DNA from: Diplonema japonicum
Taxonomy: Eukaryota > Protista > Euglenozoa: Diplonemea
Direction: 5' to 3'
NCBI GenBank assembly: GCA_964019335.1
Contig: OZ025658.1
Span: 682,001 to 746,000, forward strand
DNA: 64,000 nt
Shown: in pieces, positions 23,006-34,973 of the stretch
How the letters are laid out: each line of letters begins with the position of its first letter
How positions within the stretch are numbered: position 1 is the first letter of the stretch
Position numbers and translations under genes: made by a program
Notes under the pieces: model-generated
Databases searched by the model: none
Told to the model about the DNA's origin: nothing
What the model saw: the letters and a program-made list of their open reading frames with translations, nothing else

Positions 23006-24301
23006 TCAAAATATCCCCCCTTCTGGGGGAAGGGGGAGGGAAGAGAAAAAGGAAAAAAAAAGTTCAAAAAAAAAAGTTCAAAAAAAAAAGGAATTAAAAA
23101 AAAAAATGAGAAAAAAAAATAAAAGTAAGAGCAAATGATTTTTTTAGAATTTTTTTTTTTGAAAAGAGGAAAAAAAAAAAGAGATAGAAGTGGAAAAAAA
23201 AACTAAAAGAAATACTTGCTTGAAAGGGCATTCTGACCCTTGGCTTTTTTTTTTTTTTTTTTTTTTATTGATAGTTAATATTTCATCCCAGGGACAGTCT
23301 TTTTTGGCATGTTGTGCTGGGAAGAAGAAGATGGAGAAAAGAAAAAAAAGTTGTTATTTCACAAGAAAATATCCACTTGGCAGTACATTCAGTTGTTTCA
23401 ATGGACTATTCCCTTCTCTCTTCTAAGCCAAACAAAAAAGGAAAAAAGAAGAAGAAAAAAAAAAAGAAAAAACAGAAAAAAAAAAAAAAAATAAACACTG
23501 GTGGGATAGACCTGCGATTCAGCAGTGTCGAAGGCGCAGCCCTTTTTCTTTTTTTCTTTTCCCCTTTACTTCTCTTACAATAATTTTTTATCGAACACAT
23601 TCCCAAAAAAAGAACTCTAGAAATAGGTTTTTTTTTTTTTTTTTCTTTTTTTTTTTTTTAATTGTTGTTCTTGTTGCATGGGTCTGTGAGGACCTTCTGC
23701 AATGATTTTTTTTTTTTTTTTGAGTGCTCTTGGGATGCGACCAGTTACAAACCACCTTGTGTATCAAATAAAAAAAAAATCCATTTTTATATCACCCTTG
23801 CCTATATTTTTTTAAAGGACAATTAGGCAACAGAGGAAGGCAAGGGGTGGACACCTAGTGCGTATTTAGTAATAAACCACGTAAGGCCTAGTACCCTAAC
23901 CTACCATCCTCACCGTTTCCATTTTCAGTTTTTATGCCAGCGATTATTTTTTGGGGGGGGGGAAATACAAGGAACAATAAGGGGATTCTTAGATCTACTT
24001 TTTTTTTCTAGTTGTTCGTACGCCAGGCGGTTTATGAAGCAATTATAGTCATTCCCCTCTTTTTTTTTTTTTTTTTTTTTTTTTTATTTTTTTTCATAAA
24101 AAAATAGATAGAAAACATGGTACATATATTTTTTTCTTGAAAGAGGGGAAAAAAAAAAAAAAAAAAAAAAAAAACCGCGGGAAAGAAGGGGGGAAAAAAA
24201 ATAATCTTATTCGTCGTTTTTATTCTGCTTTGCACAATACTTTAAGCACGTTGCAGTGCACAGAGTTGTTTGGATTCCGTTGTTTTTATTCCCCCCATCT
24301 T

Positions 24302-24354
<53 letters not shown>

Positions 24355-24915
24355 TTGTTCCAGCATACTGGTTCAGGTGTAAAATAATGGCCCACCACCC
24401 CCCAGTACATATAGATTAAAACAGCATAAACACGCATTCTCCTCCCCCCTTTTTTTTTTCCCATTCAGTTTATAGCAACACAAACACTTTGTGGTGCTTG
24501 AGACGGAGGGGGGAAAAAAAAAATTAAAATTAAATTTTCATTCTTTTTTTTTTTTTTTTTTTTTTTATGCACACTCTTGCACATAACACCTCCAGCCCTT
24601 TGAGGTTTTGTTTTGTTTCTTTGGTTCATTCTGCAAGCCATTCCTGGTTTGCACGTTGGGGGGGGGGAGTAAAATTTTGAAGAAGCCTTTTGAGAAAAAA
24701 AAATAAAAAAATACAATAAAATAAATAAATTGAAAATACTTCCTTCACGCTACCTAGAACTCTGCTGTGAGCCGCGGCGAGTTCAGACTACAGATGGTGA
24801 AGAGAAAAAAGAAGAACTATGGGGGGGGGGGGGGGGTTGAATGAAACCCCCCTTTTTTTTGCATCGAAGCTTAAAATATCTTTTCTTTTTTTTCTTGCTT
24901 TCGAAAGAATGCAAC

Positions 24916-24953
<38 letters not shown>

Positions 24954-26349
24954 GAGAACAACACTTGTACGGGGAAAAAAAAAAAAAAAAAAAAGAAAGA
25001 TGAGTTTTTCTTTTAAATTCTCTTTTTCTTCTTCCCCCTCTTTTTTTTTTTTTTCTAGCTTGACTCTCTTTCTTTTATTTTCCCCCTTTCCCCTTTCGGA
25101 CCTCATGGCAGTGTCTTTTTTTTTTTTTTTTTTTTTTTTCACGTGGTCCACTCTGTACATCTTAGGGCGGATTAAAGGACCCTACTTAAATAATACTTCC
25201 ATGATCTGATCGAAAAAAACCCCCCTCCCTCCCTTAAAAATCGGCAAACAAAGGCAAAATGAATTTGCTGTAAGAGAAAAAAAAAAAATAAAAAAACGAG
25301 AAAGTTTCCAGTCAAAGCACGTGCTTCGGGAAATAATTTTTCGTCTGTTTTTAAGAAAAGAAAAAAAAAAAGAATATTGTGAGTATTCTTTTTTTTTTTT
25401 TTTCTTCTTCTTTTTTTTTTTTCATTTCAAAATTTTTCTCTTACGCTTTTTGGCAAAAAAAAAATAAAAAAGAAAAGAAAAAAGAAAAGAATAATATTTT
25501 TTTTAAATACAAACAATCAAAAAAAGAAAAGAAAAAAAGAAATGAAAAGGAAAGAAAAAAGAAATCTGACGATGACAATAATAACACATGAGATATTTTA
25601 AATTTTAAATCTTTTTTTTTTCTTCTTTTCTTCCTCCTCTTTCTTGGATGATCTTCCCAAGGATTCTTTCTTGTTGTAAAAACGAAAAAATAGAGGAGAA
25701 ATGACGAAAAAGTATTTCATTAATGCAAACAAACAAGTTTGGTGGTCAATATTGTATAGTAACACCCGTGATTTGTAGGAAGACATTCCGACTGCACTTA
25801 GAAAAACTTTCGTCAAGCAAAAAGTAACTGGAAAAGAAAAAAAAGCGCATAAAAAAAACTGGACTTAATATATTTACAATGAATAGTTAATAGTGCTAAA
25901 AATGAGTAGTGGTGGCATTGTTGGGCTCATCCTTCTACAGGTTAACCCCTGCTGTGCACAACCCGACTCTTTTATTTATTTTGACTCTCGAAAACTATCG
26001 ACGAAGAATTTTCGGATTTAGAACTTTTTTCCGTTTCATATTAAGTCCAAATGAAAAGAAAGAAAAAAAAAGAGGGGGGAAAAAAAAAGGGATGGAAAAA
26101 CCAGGGGGGGGGGGGGGGGGGGGAAACAAAGGCAAAAAACCCCTGAAAAATTCCCTTTTGATCGAACTTTTTTTTTTTTTTTTTTTTTTTGCTGGAACAA
26201 GTAAACAAATTTTTGAAAAGAATTGTTATTGCAAAAAAGAGTAGAGGCAGCTTTGTCCGATTATCCCTACTGTGGGTGAAAACGGCTTGCACAAACAATC
26301 AGCCGACTCTTTTTTTTTTTTTTTTTTCTATTATTTTTTTTATTATTAT

Positions 26350-27023
26350 TTCACTCTTCAGAAATTACTTCACGCACTGGGGGGGCCCATTACTTCAAGC
26401 TAAATCTCATTAGTTCACGGTGAAATAATGGCCTGTTTTCCGTGAAGTAATAGGGGGTTTCCGTTAAATAATATGCCTCGGTAGGCCAATTTCTGCCTCG
26501 GTTCGGTTCCCAGTGGGGCTACTTTTTCCTCTCAGTTTGCTAATTTCCCCCCAGGTTCCAACTTTTGCCTCGGCTCAGTTCCAAGTTGGACTACTTTTTC
26601 CTCTCAATTTGCCCACTTTTGGCTAGGCCTTGTTCCCAGTTTCTGGGGGTAACTCTTCTGTGGGTAAGGGTAACTTAGTCAGCTTACCCAAGCACCCCAA
26701 AAGACTTCAAAATACCGAAGCAGCAGAAAAAAAGGAGCCAGCGGCCGCGCCAGGTATGGGAAGGCCTGATTAGAGATGGTGACAGTGGCAATGCCAGCGA
26801 CAGCGGCAGCTCTTAGTCAACAAAAGGAGGAAAAACAACTTGTATTGTAACCTTTGTAACCCCTCTCTTGTTGTACCCCTTGTCACCCTGTTGTGCCCCT
26901 CGTGGTGAAGTAATTTCAGAGTGTCGTGAAATAAAACCACTTACCTACCGCCAAGTAATGCTATACCGACCTCGAGGTAACGGTAAAGTCATTACTTGTT
27001 GGCAGTAAATAGCTATTACTTCA
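26350..27023 (+). mobile_element. Non-coding interspersed element, copy 1 (longest): subterminal inverted repeats, internal tandem repeats, 3' palindrome
   Basis: 26350..26973 is near-identical to 34974..35596. GAAATTACTTCAC near the left end is inverted at about 26906-26918. Long imperfect hairpin centred on ACCTCGAGGT (26969-26978). Strand is arbitrary. Confidence 0.8.
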
Positions 27024-27074
27024 TTCACACCATTCCCAATTTTTTTTTTTGCTAACCACTTTGTTTCCTATAGT

Positions 27075-27120
<46 letters not shown>

Positions 27121-28178
27121 CCACTACAGAAAACTCCAAAAAAAAAAGGAAAAAAAAAAAGAAGAAGAAGAAAAAGTTTTGGACCTATTCCTATTGAGTA
27201 TCCCTCTGCAAGGAAGAGAGAAATATTTTGAACGGTTTTTTTTCTTTTTCTTTTCTTGATTGAATGAAGTAAAATTGAGTAAAGTAAAAAAAAAAAATGA
27301 TAATAATAAGCAACCCTTTTTATTCACACCAAATGATTTTTTTTTGTGATAAAAGAAATCACTTTTTCTCGTTATGAATTGAAAAAGAAAAAAAAGAAAA
27401 AAATAGCTACTTTCCCCCCCCCCCCCTTTTTATTTCTTCTTAATTTTTATGTTTTTGTTTAGGGTTCGAAATAATCGCTTTTTTTTTCTTTTTTTTCCTC
27501 TTTATTTCTACTCCCCCCCCCTTTTTTATCTCTTCATTTTGATATTTTTTTTTCTTAGAGGTGACAGTGGAAATAAGAGGAGGAAGCCCTTTTTTTAATT
27601 CTATTTTCACAGCCTTTTATCCAAAAGAAAGATGTCCCCCCCCCCCCCCCCATCCCTCTTCTTTTTCGTGTTACATGTAGAAACACTTGTAATTTAATCA
27701 GAAAGCAGTCTCAAGAGGAGGTCTAGAATTTTGAAAGTGGACCTAATTCGTCGCTCGAAGGGGGGAGGAGGGGCTTCTAAAAAAACGAACCCCCCCCTTT
27801 TGTTTTTTGTTTTGGTTCTGTTCATCCATCAATAGTTGCGATAAATAAACAACATAGAGGGGAAGCCTCCCCCCTTCCCCTCCCCTTTTTTTTGAAGAAC
27901 AAAACGAGAAAAATTAAAAAGAAGGAACATTTTTTTTTCATTTGAATAGGGGTCAGCGGGTTTATTTTTTTTTTTCATTCACAAAAAATTGGAGGGAAAA
28001 AAAAAAAGGAAAAAAAAACCCGGCACAAACTTGACCCCCTATTTAGAAATTTGCCCATTTATTTATTCCTATCCTGATGTTAAAAAAAACAAAAAAACAA
28101 AAAAAAAAAAACACAAGCAGCTTTTTTTTCTTTTTTTTTTTCAGGCGTCCTGCCACATACCGCAGGTACCTTAAAATG

Positions 28179-28225
<47 letters not shown>

Positions 28226-28578
28226 CTTCCAGGAAAAAAAAAATTGACGGCATCATTAAAGTATGCACAAGCAAAAAGTTGTTGGTGAATTTTTTTTTTT
28301 TTTTTTTTTTAATTCCTTGTGCCATCAGGTTAAGGGACCACCGTATCTCTGGGTTAAAAGAATAAGAAAAATGCGATCTTTTTTTTTTTTTGTTCTTCAT
28401 ATCGAGTCGTTGCTTTTTTTTTTTTTTTTTTTTCTCCTCACTCTCTTTTTTCCAGATTAATTACAGTTTAATTACAGTTTCACACCTATCCAACCGATTA
28501 GTACAAAAATGGTAGGATGTTTAAAAACCACCCGCCCCGCCCCTCCTTAACTACTGCGATGATTTAACAGCTTTTTAA

Positions 28579-28843
28579 CCCTTATCCGCCCAACGACTCA
28601 TATATGAGTCGTTAATGGGGGTGTTGTTCCCTGTGTCCATCCAAACCTGAGTCTTGGACCGGTTTCCATGGAAAAAAAAATGGAATGGAAAGATTTGGAA
28701 AATCTGCGTTAAATGCGCTATTTATCCATCTGAAACTTCATAGCTTCAACCCAGAACGGGGTACCGAGACACAAGGGACCAAAATCGGGAAAATCCAAAA
28801 ATCAATTCAACCCCCCCCCCCCCCCCCCCTGGGCTGATAAGGG
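28579..28843. mobile_element. piggyBac-type MITE (265 bp)
   Basis: TTAA-CCCTTATCCGCCCA ... TGGGCTGATAAGGG-TTAA (13/14 TIR match, TTAA on both sides). Subterminal palindrome AACGACTCATATATGAGTCGTT. Confidence 0.9.
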
Positions 28844-30386
28844 TTAAAATACCCACACAATTCTTTTTTTTTTATTTTTATTTTTTTTTTTTATTTCTAG
28901 AACACGTATTGTTATTGCTATGGTGACTTCTCTTTTTTTTTTTTTTTTTCTGGTTTTGTATAAACACAGACAACGGGAGAGGGGGGGAGGGGAGGTGAAA
29001 GGGCCTTCCATTGTGGCCGAGAGAAGGCATGGCCGTTTTATTTCCCCCCCCCCCCCCCAGCCTCTTGGATGCATGCCCTTGTTGTAGTAGTTTGTAGCAA
29101 CCTCTTCTTCTTTTTCCCCTCTCCTTCATCTTCAATATCTTCACGGACCTTTTATATTCCGCAAAAAAAGAAAAAAAAAAAAAAAAAAAAACAATCCACT
29201 ATCTTTTTTTCTCTCGGTTTCTTTTGCTGATTTTTTTCATCAGAGAAGTTGTCCATTTCTCTCTCCATCTTTCCCCCCTTCCCTTTTTTTGAAAGTTAAA
29301 AACTAATTTTTTTTTCCCTTTTATTTTCTCCCCTGCCAAAACACCCCCCCCTCCCCCCTTCCTTACTTCTCCTCCCAGTGTTGTAGGCATTGATCAGTGT
29401 CGACAAAAAAAAGAAAGAAAGAGAGAAAAAAAAAGTAAGCAAAAAAAAAATACAAAAAAAAAATAAGAAGCAAATCTTATGGGTTGGTATTTTTTTTTTT
29501 TTTTCCATTTTTTTTAAAGGGAAGGTCCCTACTACCCATTGAGAGCGCATCAAAATCAATTTTTTTTTTAAAGAAAAAGAAAGAAAAAAAAATAAAAGAA
29601 CCTTCTTAGCAGACACATTTGGTACCAAATGAGGGGAGGATGTGCGATGGCACATTTTCTTCTTTTTATTTTATTTTATTTTATTTTATTTCTTAGGAAC
29701 CTCAGGGTCCAAAAGGCATCTGCTAATGCAGGCAGATTTCAAGGTGAAGAAGAAAAAGGCCTGCAGCTGAACTTTTTTTTTTTCTTTCCGTGGTACTTAT
29801 GTGATATTGAATCAAGGCCCCAAGTAACCGGGAGCCATTACCAACAACAAAAACAACAACAAAAAAAAAAGGAAAATCTGGAAATTTAACAGCAGATATT
29901 GTTTTTTTTTTCCCCCCTCCCTTCTCGTCACCCGTGAATTTCTTTATGAACAGTAACCCCCCCCCCCCCCCCCCCCCCAGTGTTTTGCAGTCGGGGAGAA
30001 TTTCTTTACAAAAAGAAGGAGGGAAAAAAAAAAGGTTCTTTCAAAAAAAAAGAAAGAAAAAAAAAAACAACAAATGCGTGTGTTTTCCCTCGCTTGAAAG
30101 AATGAATGAAGATTAGAAAGAAAAAGGAAAGAAAAAAAAAAGAAGAAAAAAACCGTAAACCCAGATAAGAAGAAATATATTCTACCCCTCCATTTCCCAC
30201 CCACCCCTTTTATTTTTATTTTCCAACTTGCTTTTTATTTTTTATTTTCTACTCCGTTACGCTAGGACAATTCGGCTATGCTGCTGGCCCCCAGTTTAAA
30301 AAAAAATATATATAGTTTCTTTTTCCTTTTTTTTTCCCCCCCTTCCTTTCAGAAAAAAAAATAAAATGAAATTAAAAAAAATATAC

Positions 30387-30619
30387 TAGCTATTTTACTT
30401 TCCAACAAGAACTTTGCTGTTACCTCGAGGAAACAGGAATGAAGCATTACTTGGCGGTAGGTAAGTGGTTTTTTTCACAATATTCTGAAATTAATTTCTA
30501 CGAAGATTTCGGGCCGTCACCCTGGGCTCTTGATCTCGTATCTGATATTCTCATACACCTTGCGTCCAGTACAGGGAGAACAGTTGGCCCACCAGGGACA
30601 ATAATTTCAGAAGAGTGAA
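30387..30619 (-). mobile_element. Short, diverged, inverted member of the 26350/34974 element family
   Basis: AGCATTACTTGGCGGTAGGTAAGTGGTTTT and TTACCTCGAGG are the reverse complement of the copy-1 right end. AATTTCAGAAGAGTGAA is the reverse complement of the left end. The interior is shorter and different. Confidence 0.72.
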
Positions 30620-31837
30620 GAGAAAAAAAAAAAAGAAAAAATGAAAGAAAAAAAAAATGAACGTGCTGAGATATAAATGAACGCAGAAATGGAAAGAAGG
30701 AGGGGGGGAAAAAAAGAAAAATTACTCCGGGGGAAAAAAAAAGGGTGTAAAAGGGGGGGGGGAAAGACACACAACGGGCATAGCTTGATATTTTTTTTTT
30801 TTTTCCTCTCGGTGTATTATTTTCTTTTTTTTTTCTTTCGCTTTTTTTTTCTTTCTTTTTCGCGTTCTTCCTTTCCTATAGTATCTATTACCCGCCAAAA
30901 ATTCTAAAAGTAGCCCTTCTTTTTTTTTTTTTTTTTTTTTTTTTAAACAAGAGGGGGGACGTCGGCAGCTTCTTCAAGGTTTTCTACAAACAGCGGCTAA
31001 ACCCTCTTTTTTACTTCTTTCCCGCTTACTCATATCTCTCCTAAAACCTCTTTTTTTTTTGAAAAAGTTGACTTTTTTTTGTTTTTTTTTTTTTTTTTTT
31101 TCTTTTTTACCCAGTCCGTGCCATAGCATAGTATTTAATTTTGTTTGGCCCTGGAACTTGACCGGAGTTTAAAAAAAAAAAAAAAAAAAAAGCATGATGT
31201 GCATGCTGGAAGCATGGATGAATTTGCTCATTTTTTGGGCCCCCCCTCATGGGACAGATTTAGTCTTGATCAGGGATAGCAGAATCTATGATATACTTAT
31301 ACAAATTGCCTAGCTGAGATTCGAGATCCCGACACAAAATCCTTATGAAAAAAAAAAAAAAAATAGAGGTATCCTAATGAAATTCTTCTTATTTTTTTTA
31401 TCGATAAAAAAAAAATTGTGCTTTTTTTCTTTCTTTTTTTTTTCATTTTTAAATTTCCCGGTCAAAAAAAAAAAAAAAAAAAAAACTATTGAAGCAGCGC
31501 ACTTAATCAAAGCGCAATTCACCGCTCAAAGCGTGCTCTCGATCCCCCCCCCCTTTTTTTAGTCTTCTTTCCTTTTGTTGTTTTACGTTTTCTCTATCGG
31601 TTTTTTTTTTTTTTTACAACACAAGGGGAACGTCGGCAACATGCTTACTCAGGGTTTTTTAAGCTTTTTCTGATCCAGCACAGGTCAAACATCAGCCAGT
31701 TCCTCTTTTTACATGTCCATTTCTTACATAGCGCTACTTGCATGGCACACATACCGTTGCTAAACTGATATATTTTTTTTTAAACCCCGTTAAAAGTCAA
31801 AACGTCAAAAAAGGTAGTCCGTCTGAGCTCAACACCA

Positions 31838-31873
<36 letters not shown>

Positions 31874-32674
31874 GCTCATGAGTATAAAAAAAAAAAAAAA
31901 AAAAAAAGTGTACGCTTATGTACTAACTTTTTCTAAAAGCTTTTTGGGTTTTCAAGTTTTCTTTTGCTTTCCCCCCCCCCCCCATCCTCTCCCTTTTTCC
32001 CCTTACCCATGAATCTACAACGTATTATACAAATAAGTTGTGCTCAGTTGCTTGCTCCCTCTCACGGGGTGCTTAAGCCTTTTTTTTCTTTCTTTTTTTT
32101 TTTCCGTGTGTGTTTTGTGTTCGCTCGTTTTGCCTTTCTTATCACACCCCTCGTCCCTCCCCCTTTTTTTTTTTCAAAATCTTGCTCAAAAAGGACTTTT
32201 TTCTTCTTTTTTTTATTCTACAAACCCAACATAATTCCAGTAGTTAATCAAAAGAAAAGGAGGGGGGGGAAAGGAAGGAGAAAACAAAATAAAATGGGGA
32301 AACAGCCCCCCCCCCCCCCCCCACCACATCAATGTGTTTACTGATTTAAAAAAAAGGAAATCTCTGTCTTTTTTAGTTTTAACCTTTTTGCGGCAAGATT
32401 TGAATTCCCCCCCCCCCCCCCCCCACGGCATAAAGCACATAACAAATAAGAGTTTGTGCACCCACTACCACTACCACGTGCCCACAGCTTTCCATAGAGG
32501 AAGTAAACCATCAACAAAAGTTTATGGATCCTTTTTTTTTTCTTTTTGATAACCACCACCACCCCCTCTCTTTTTTATTTTTTATTTTCGTATTTTTTTT
32601 TAAAAAAGAATTATTGTCCCCCTCAAAAAAAAAAAGGAACGGTGGGAGAGAGAGGAGGGAAAGAAGAAAAAAAA

Positions 32675-33502
32675 ATGTGGCGTGGGACAGGTTGTTTTGC
32701 TTGCGGGGGCTCTGATCATATAGCAAGGAATTGCACGGTGGGTGAAAGATGCCACAACTGCCAGGAAACGGGGCACAAGGCCGGCGAATGCCCCCTCCCG
32801 CAAAGATGCAGGAGGTGCACGCAAGAAGGACATAAGGAACACGAATGCAAAATAATAGCAGGTGCGGGGTCATGTTATAACTGCGGCAGTGTGGGACACT
32901 TCGTGAGGGACTGCCCCGAGGGCGAGTTGTGCCATAACTGCCAGCAACCTGGCCACAAGAGAGGCGACTGCACAGAAGAACCCGCATGCAAGAGATGCAG
33001 GGAACCTGGCCACAAGACCTTTCAATGTAAACAAAAGCGCGCTGAAGTCTGCCCTTTCTACTCATCCGGGTCGTGCAAAAAAGGTGCCGAGTGTGACTAC
33101 CACCACATCGGTGCCCCTGGCCGTCTTTCCTACAGATCGCAGAACCATGGTAGCCGTGAGGAAAGCCGGCGCGACTCTGATGGCAAATGGTACACAAAAC
33201 AGCAATTTCGAGACCTCTACGGCGGGTACGCAGAGTGGGACCGGGTGGAGGAGAAGATGTCCCTTCAGAACGGAAGATGGTACACAAAGCAACAGTTTAA
33301 AGACCATTTCGGGGGCTATGCTGAGTGGGACCGAGCGCTTTCCGTTCAAGAGGCCGCAAGGGTTGGAAAAGGCAGCTATCACGGTGCTGGGAAGGGCAAG
33401 GGAAGGTATTGTCTTTGGCGAGGGAAAAAAAAAAAAAAAAAAAAAAAAAGAGGGACTGGCTACGGAGCAGGCGGTAAAGGAAGAGGCAAGGGTAGGTACT
33501 GA
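32675..33502 (+). CDS. CNBP-like protein: six CCHC zinc knuckles, one CCCH finger, two DG-WYTKQQF..GGYAEWD repeats, G/K/R-rich tail; join(32675..33405,33451..33502)
   Basis: Six C-x2-C-x4-H-x4-C motifs and CPFYSSGSCKKGAECDYHH. An in-frame 45-nt GT..(A)n AG intron at 33406..33450 removes the poly-K stretch. Confidence 0.85.
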   Translation: MWRGTGCFACGGSDHIARNCTVGERCHNCQETGHKAGECPLPQRCRRCTQEGHKEHECKIIAGAGSCYNCGSVGHFVRDCPEGELCHNCQQPGHKRGDCTEEPACKRCREPGHKTFQCKQKRAEVCPFYSSGSCKKGAECDYHHIGAPGRLSYRSQNHGSREESRRDSDGKWYTKQQFRDLYGGYAEWDRVEEKMSLQNGRWYTKQQFKDHFGGYAEWDRALSVQEAARVGKGSYHGAGKGKGRYCLWRGKKKKKKKKRGTGYGAGGKGRGKGRY

Positions 33503-33837
33503 AGAAAGAAAAAAGGGGGAATAAAAAAAGAGGGAAAGTGTCGAGAGAAAGAAGGGGGGGGGGGGGGGGGAAGTGTCGGAATAGGAGGGGAGGGGGGATG
33601 GAGGAGGGGAGGGGGAACACAAAGAAATGTCGTTTCTTTTAATCCAAGAAAGAATTCCACACATGGGAACCAACCGACTACCCCCCCATGTAAAACAAAA
33701 AACTTTTTTTAAATTCAACTAGCTAATGGGAGGAGGGGGAGAGGGGGGTTAAATTAAATTCCTTTTTTTTCCCCTCCTTTTTTTTCCCCCAGTCAAAAAA
33801 AAAAAACCTAAGAACAAAAAAAAAAAGAAAAAAAAAA

Positions 33838-34857
33838 ATGTCAGCATCAACAGCACCTGCTGAACTACCACGCTTAATGGTGTGTGCCGATGGACACGAT
33901 GTGTGCACTGCAGGGGTGGGCTACGCCATCAAGATCATCCAATTGATCGAGAAGACATCAACCAGCGACCCCTATTCCCCCCCCGAAGTCATCGTCTTCG
34001 GCCATGTCCACAACGATAGCAAAATCCCGCTGCTAAAAACAATGGGGAAGATAATCGGTGTGCGAACTACGACAAAAGAAGAAAGAAAACGCGACCTCGA
34101 GCAACGTGGAAACGACATCACCGCAGAGCTCAAACAAACCTGCAAACTGGACACCATCACTCTGCAAGTTGACGACTCTGAGAGCAACATGGTCCAAGCC
34201 TACTCAACAGTAGTGATCCAACACCGTCCGGACATTCTGATAATAAACGAAAGAAAAGACTATTCAGAGATCATGAAACCCTTTTGGAAGGAGGTCCACA
34301 AGCTGTCCCGTGCGACACCTTCCCCCATAGTCCTCGTTGCAAGAAAAGAAATTGTAAAGGGGAAAACAGTTCACCTCTTGCTAGTATCAGATGACTATAA
34401 GGAATCCTCGCAAAGGGTGGTGTCGCAGGCTAGCTACATAATCAGCCCTGATGATGCCGTTTACATCTTGAGCTGTTGGGAACTTCCCGATTTTGCTACT
34501 GCAATGTACGCCGATGATCACCGTTGGCATGTGGAGACCAAGAAATGTGAGAAGAAAGCAAAGGCGGCGGTTCAAAAGGCTGCCGCAGATCTGCAGTCGT
34601 GCATACCTGCACTGCCCCCTACGCATCTTAGCCTGCACACGAAGAACGAGCGTGTTGCAAATGCCGTCTCAGCGTTTCACCAGTCGCACGTGTTCAATCA
34701 TATCCTTGTTGGGGGGTCCAGTACCACGCTCCACCCCACTAGCAGCAAGCGGAGCTCGTCTTTCTCATTCATTGGCGACGCTAAGAGGTCCATTTTCGGA
34801 ACGACCGCCGATTCCCTGCTGCCCCACAACCCTGGGGCTGTTTCTATTATTTATTAA
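33838..34857 (+). CDS. Universal-stress-protein (USP)-like, tandem domain
   Basis: RLMVCADG..AGVGYAI..VIVFGHV; second domain LLLVSDD..SSQRVV..VYILSCW; C-terminal HILVGG..IFGTTADSLLPHNPGAVSII typical of the USP fold. Confidence 0.72.
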   Translation: MSASTAPAELPRLMVCADGHDVCTAGVGYAIKIIQLIEKTSTSDPYSPPEVIVFGHVHNDSKIPLLKTMGKIIGVRTTTKEERKRDLEQRGNDITAELKQTCKLDTITLQVDDSESNMVQAYSTVVIQHRPDILIINERKDYSEIMKPFWKEVHKLSRATPSPIVLVARKEIVKGKTVHLLLVSDDYKESSQRVVSQASYIISPDDAVYILSCWELPDFATAMYADDHRWHVETKKCEKKAKAAVQKAAADLQSCIPALPPTHLSLHTKNERVANAVSAFHQSHVFNHILVGGSSTTLHPTSSKRSSSFSFIGDAKRSIFGTTADSLLPHNPGAVSIIY

Positions 34858-34973
34858 GGTGTTCTGGTTTACCTCCTCCCCCACCCCCCTTGTACCTCAG
34901 TTTCTTTTGTAATTTTTCTTTTTTTTTTTTCCCAGCATAAGTGGGTTTTCTTACCCTCTCTTTTTTTTTTTAA

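Noticed and set aside
26350-27023. Repeated ATTACTTCA motifs as a CRISPR-like array
   Set aside because: Irregular spacing, short motif, no cas genes and a eukaryotic context. They are explained as part of the interspersed element.
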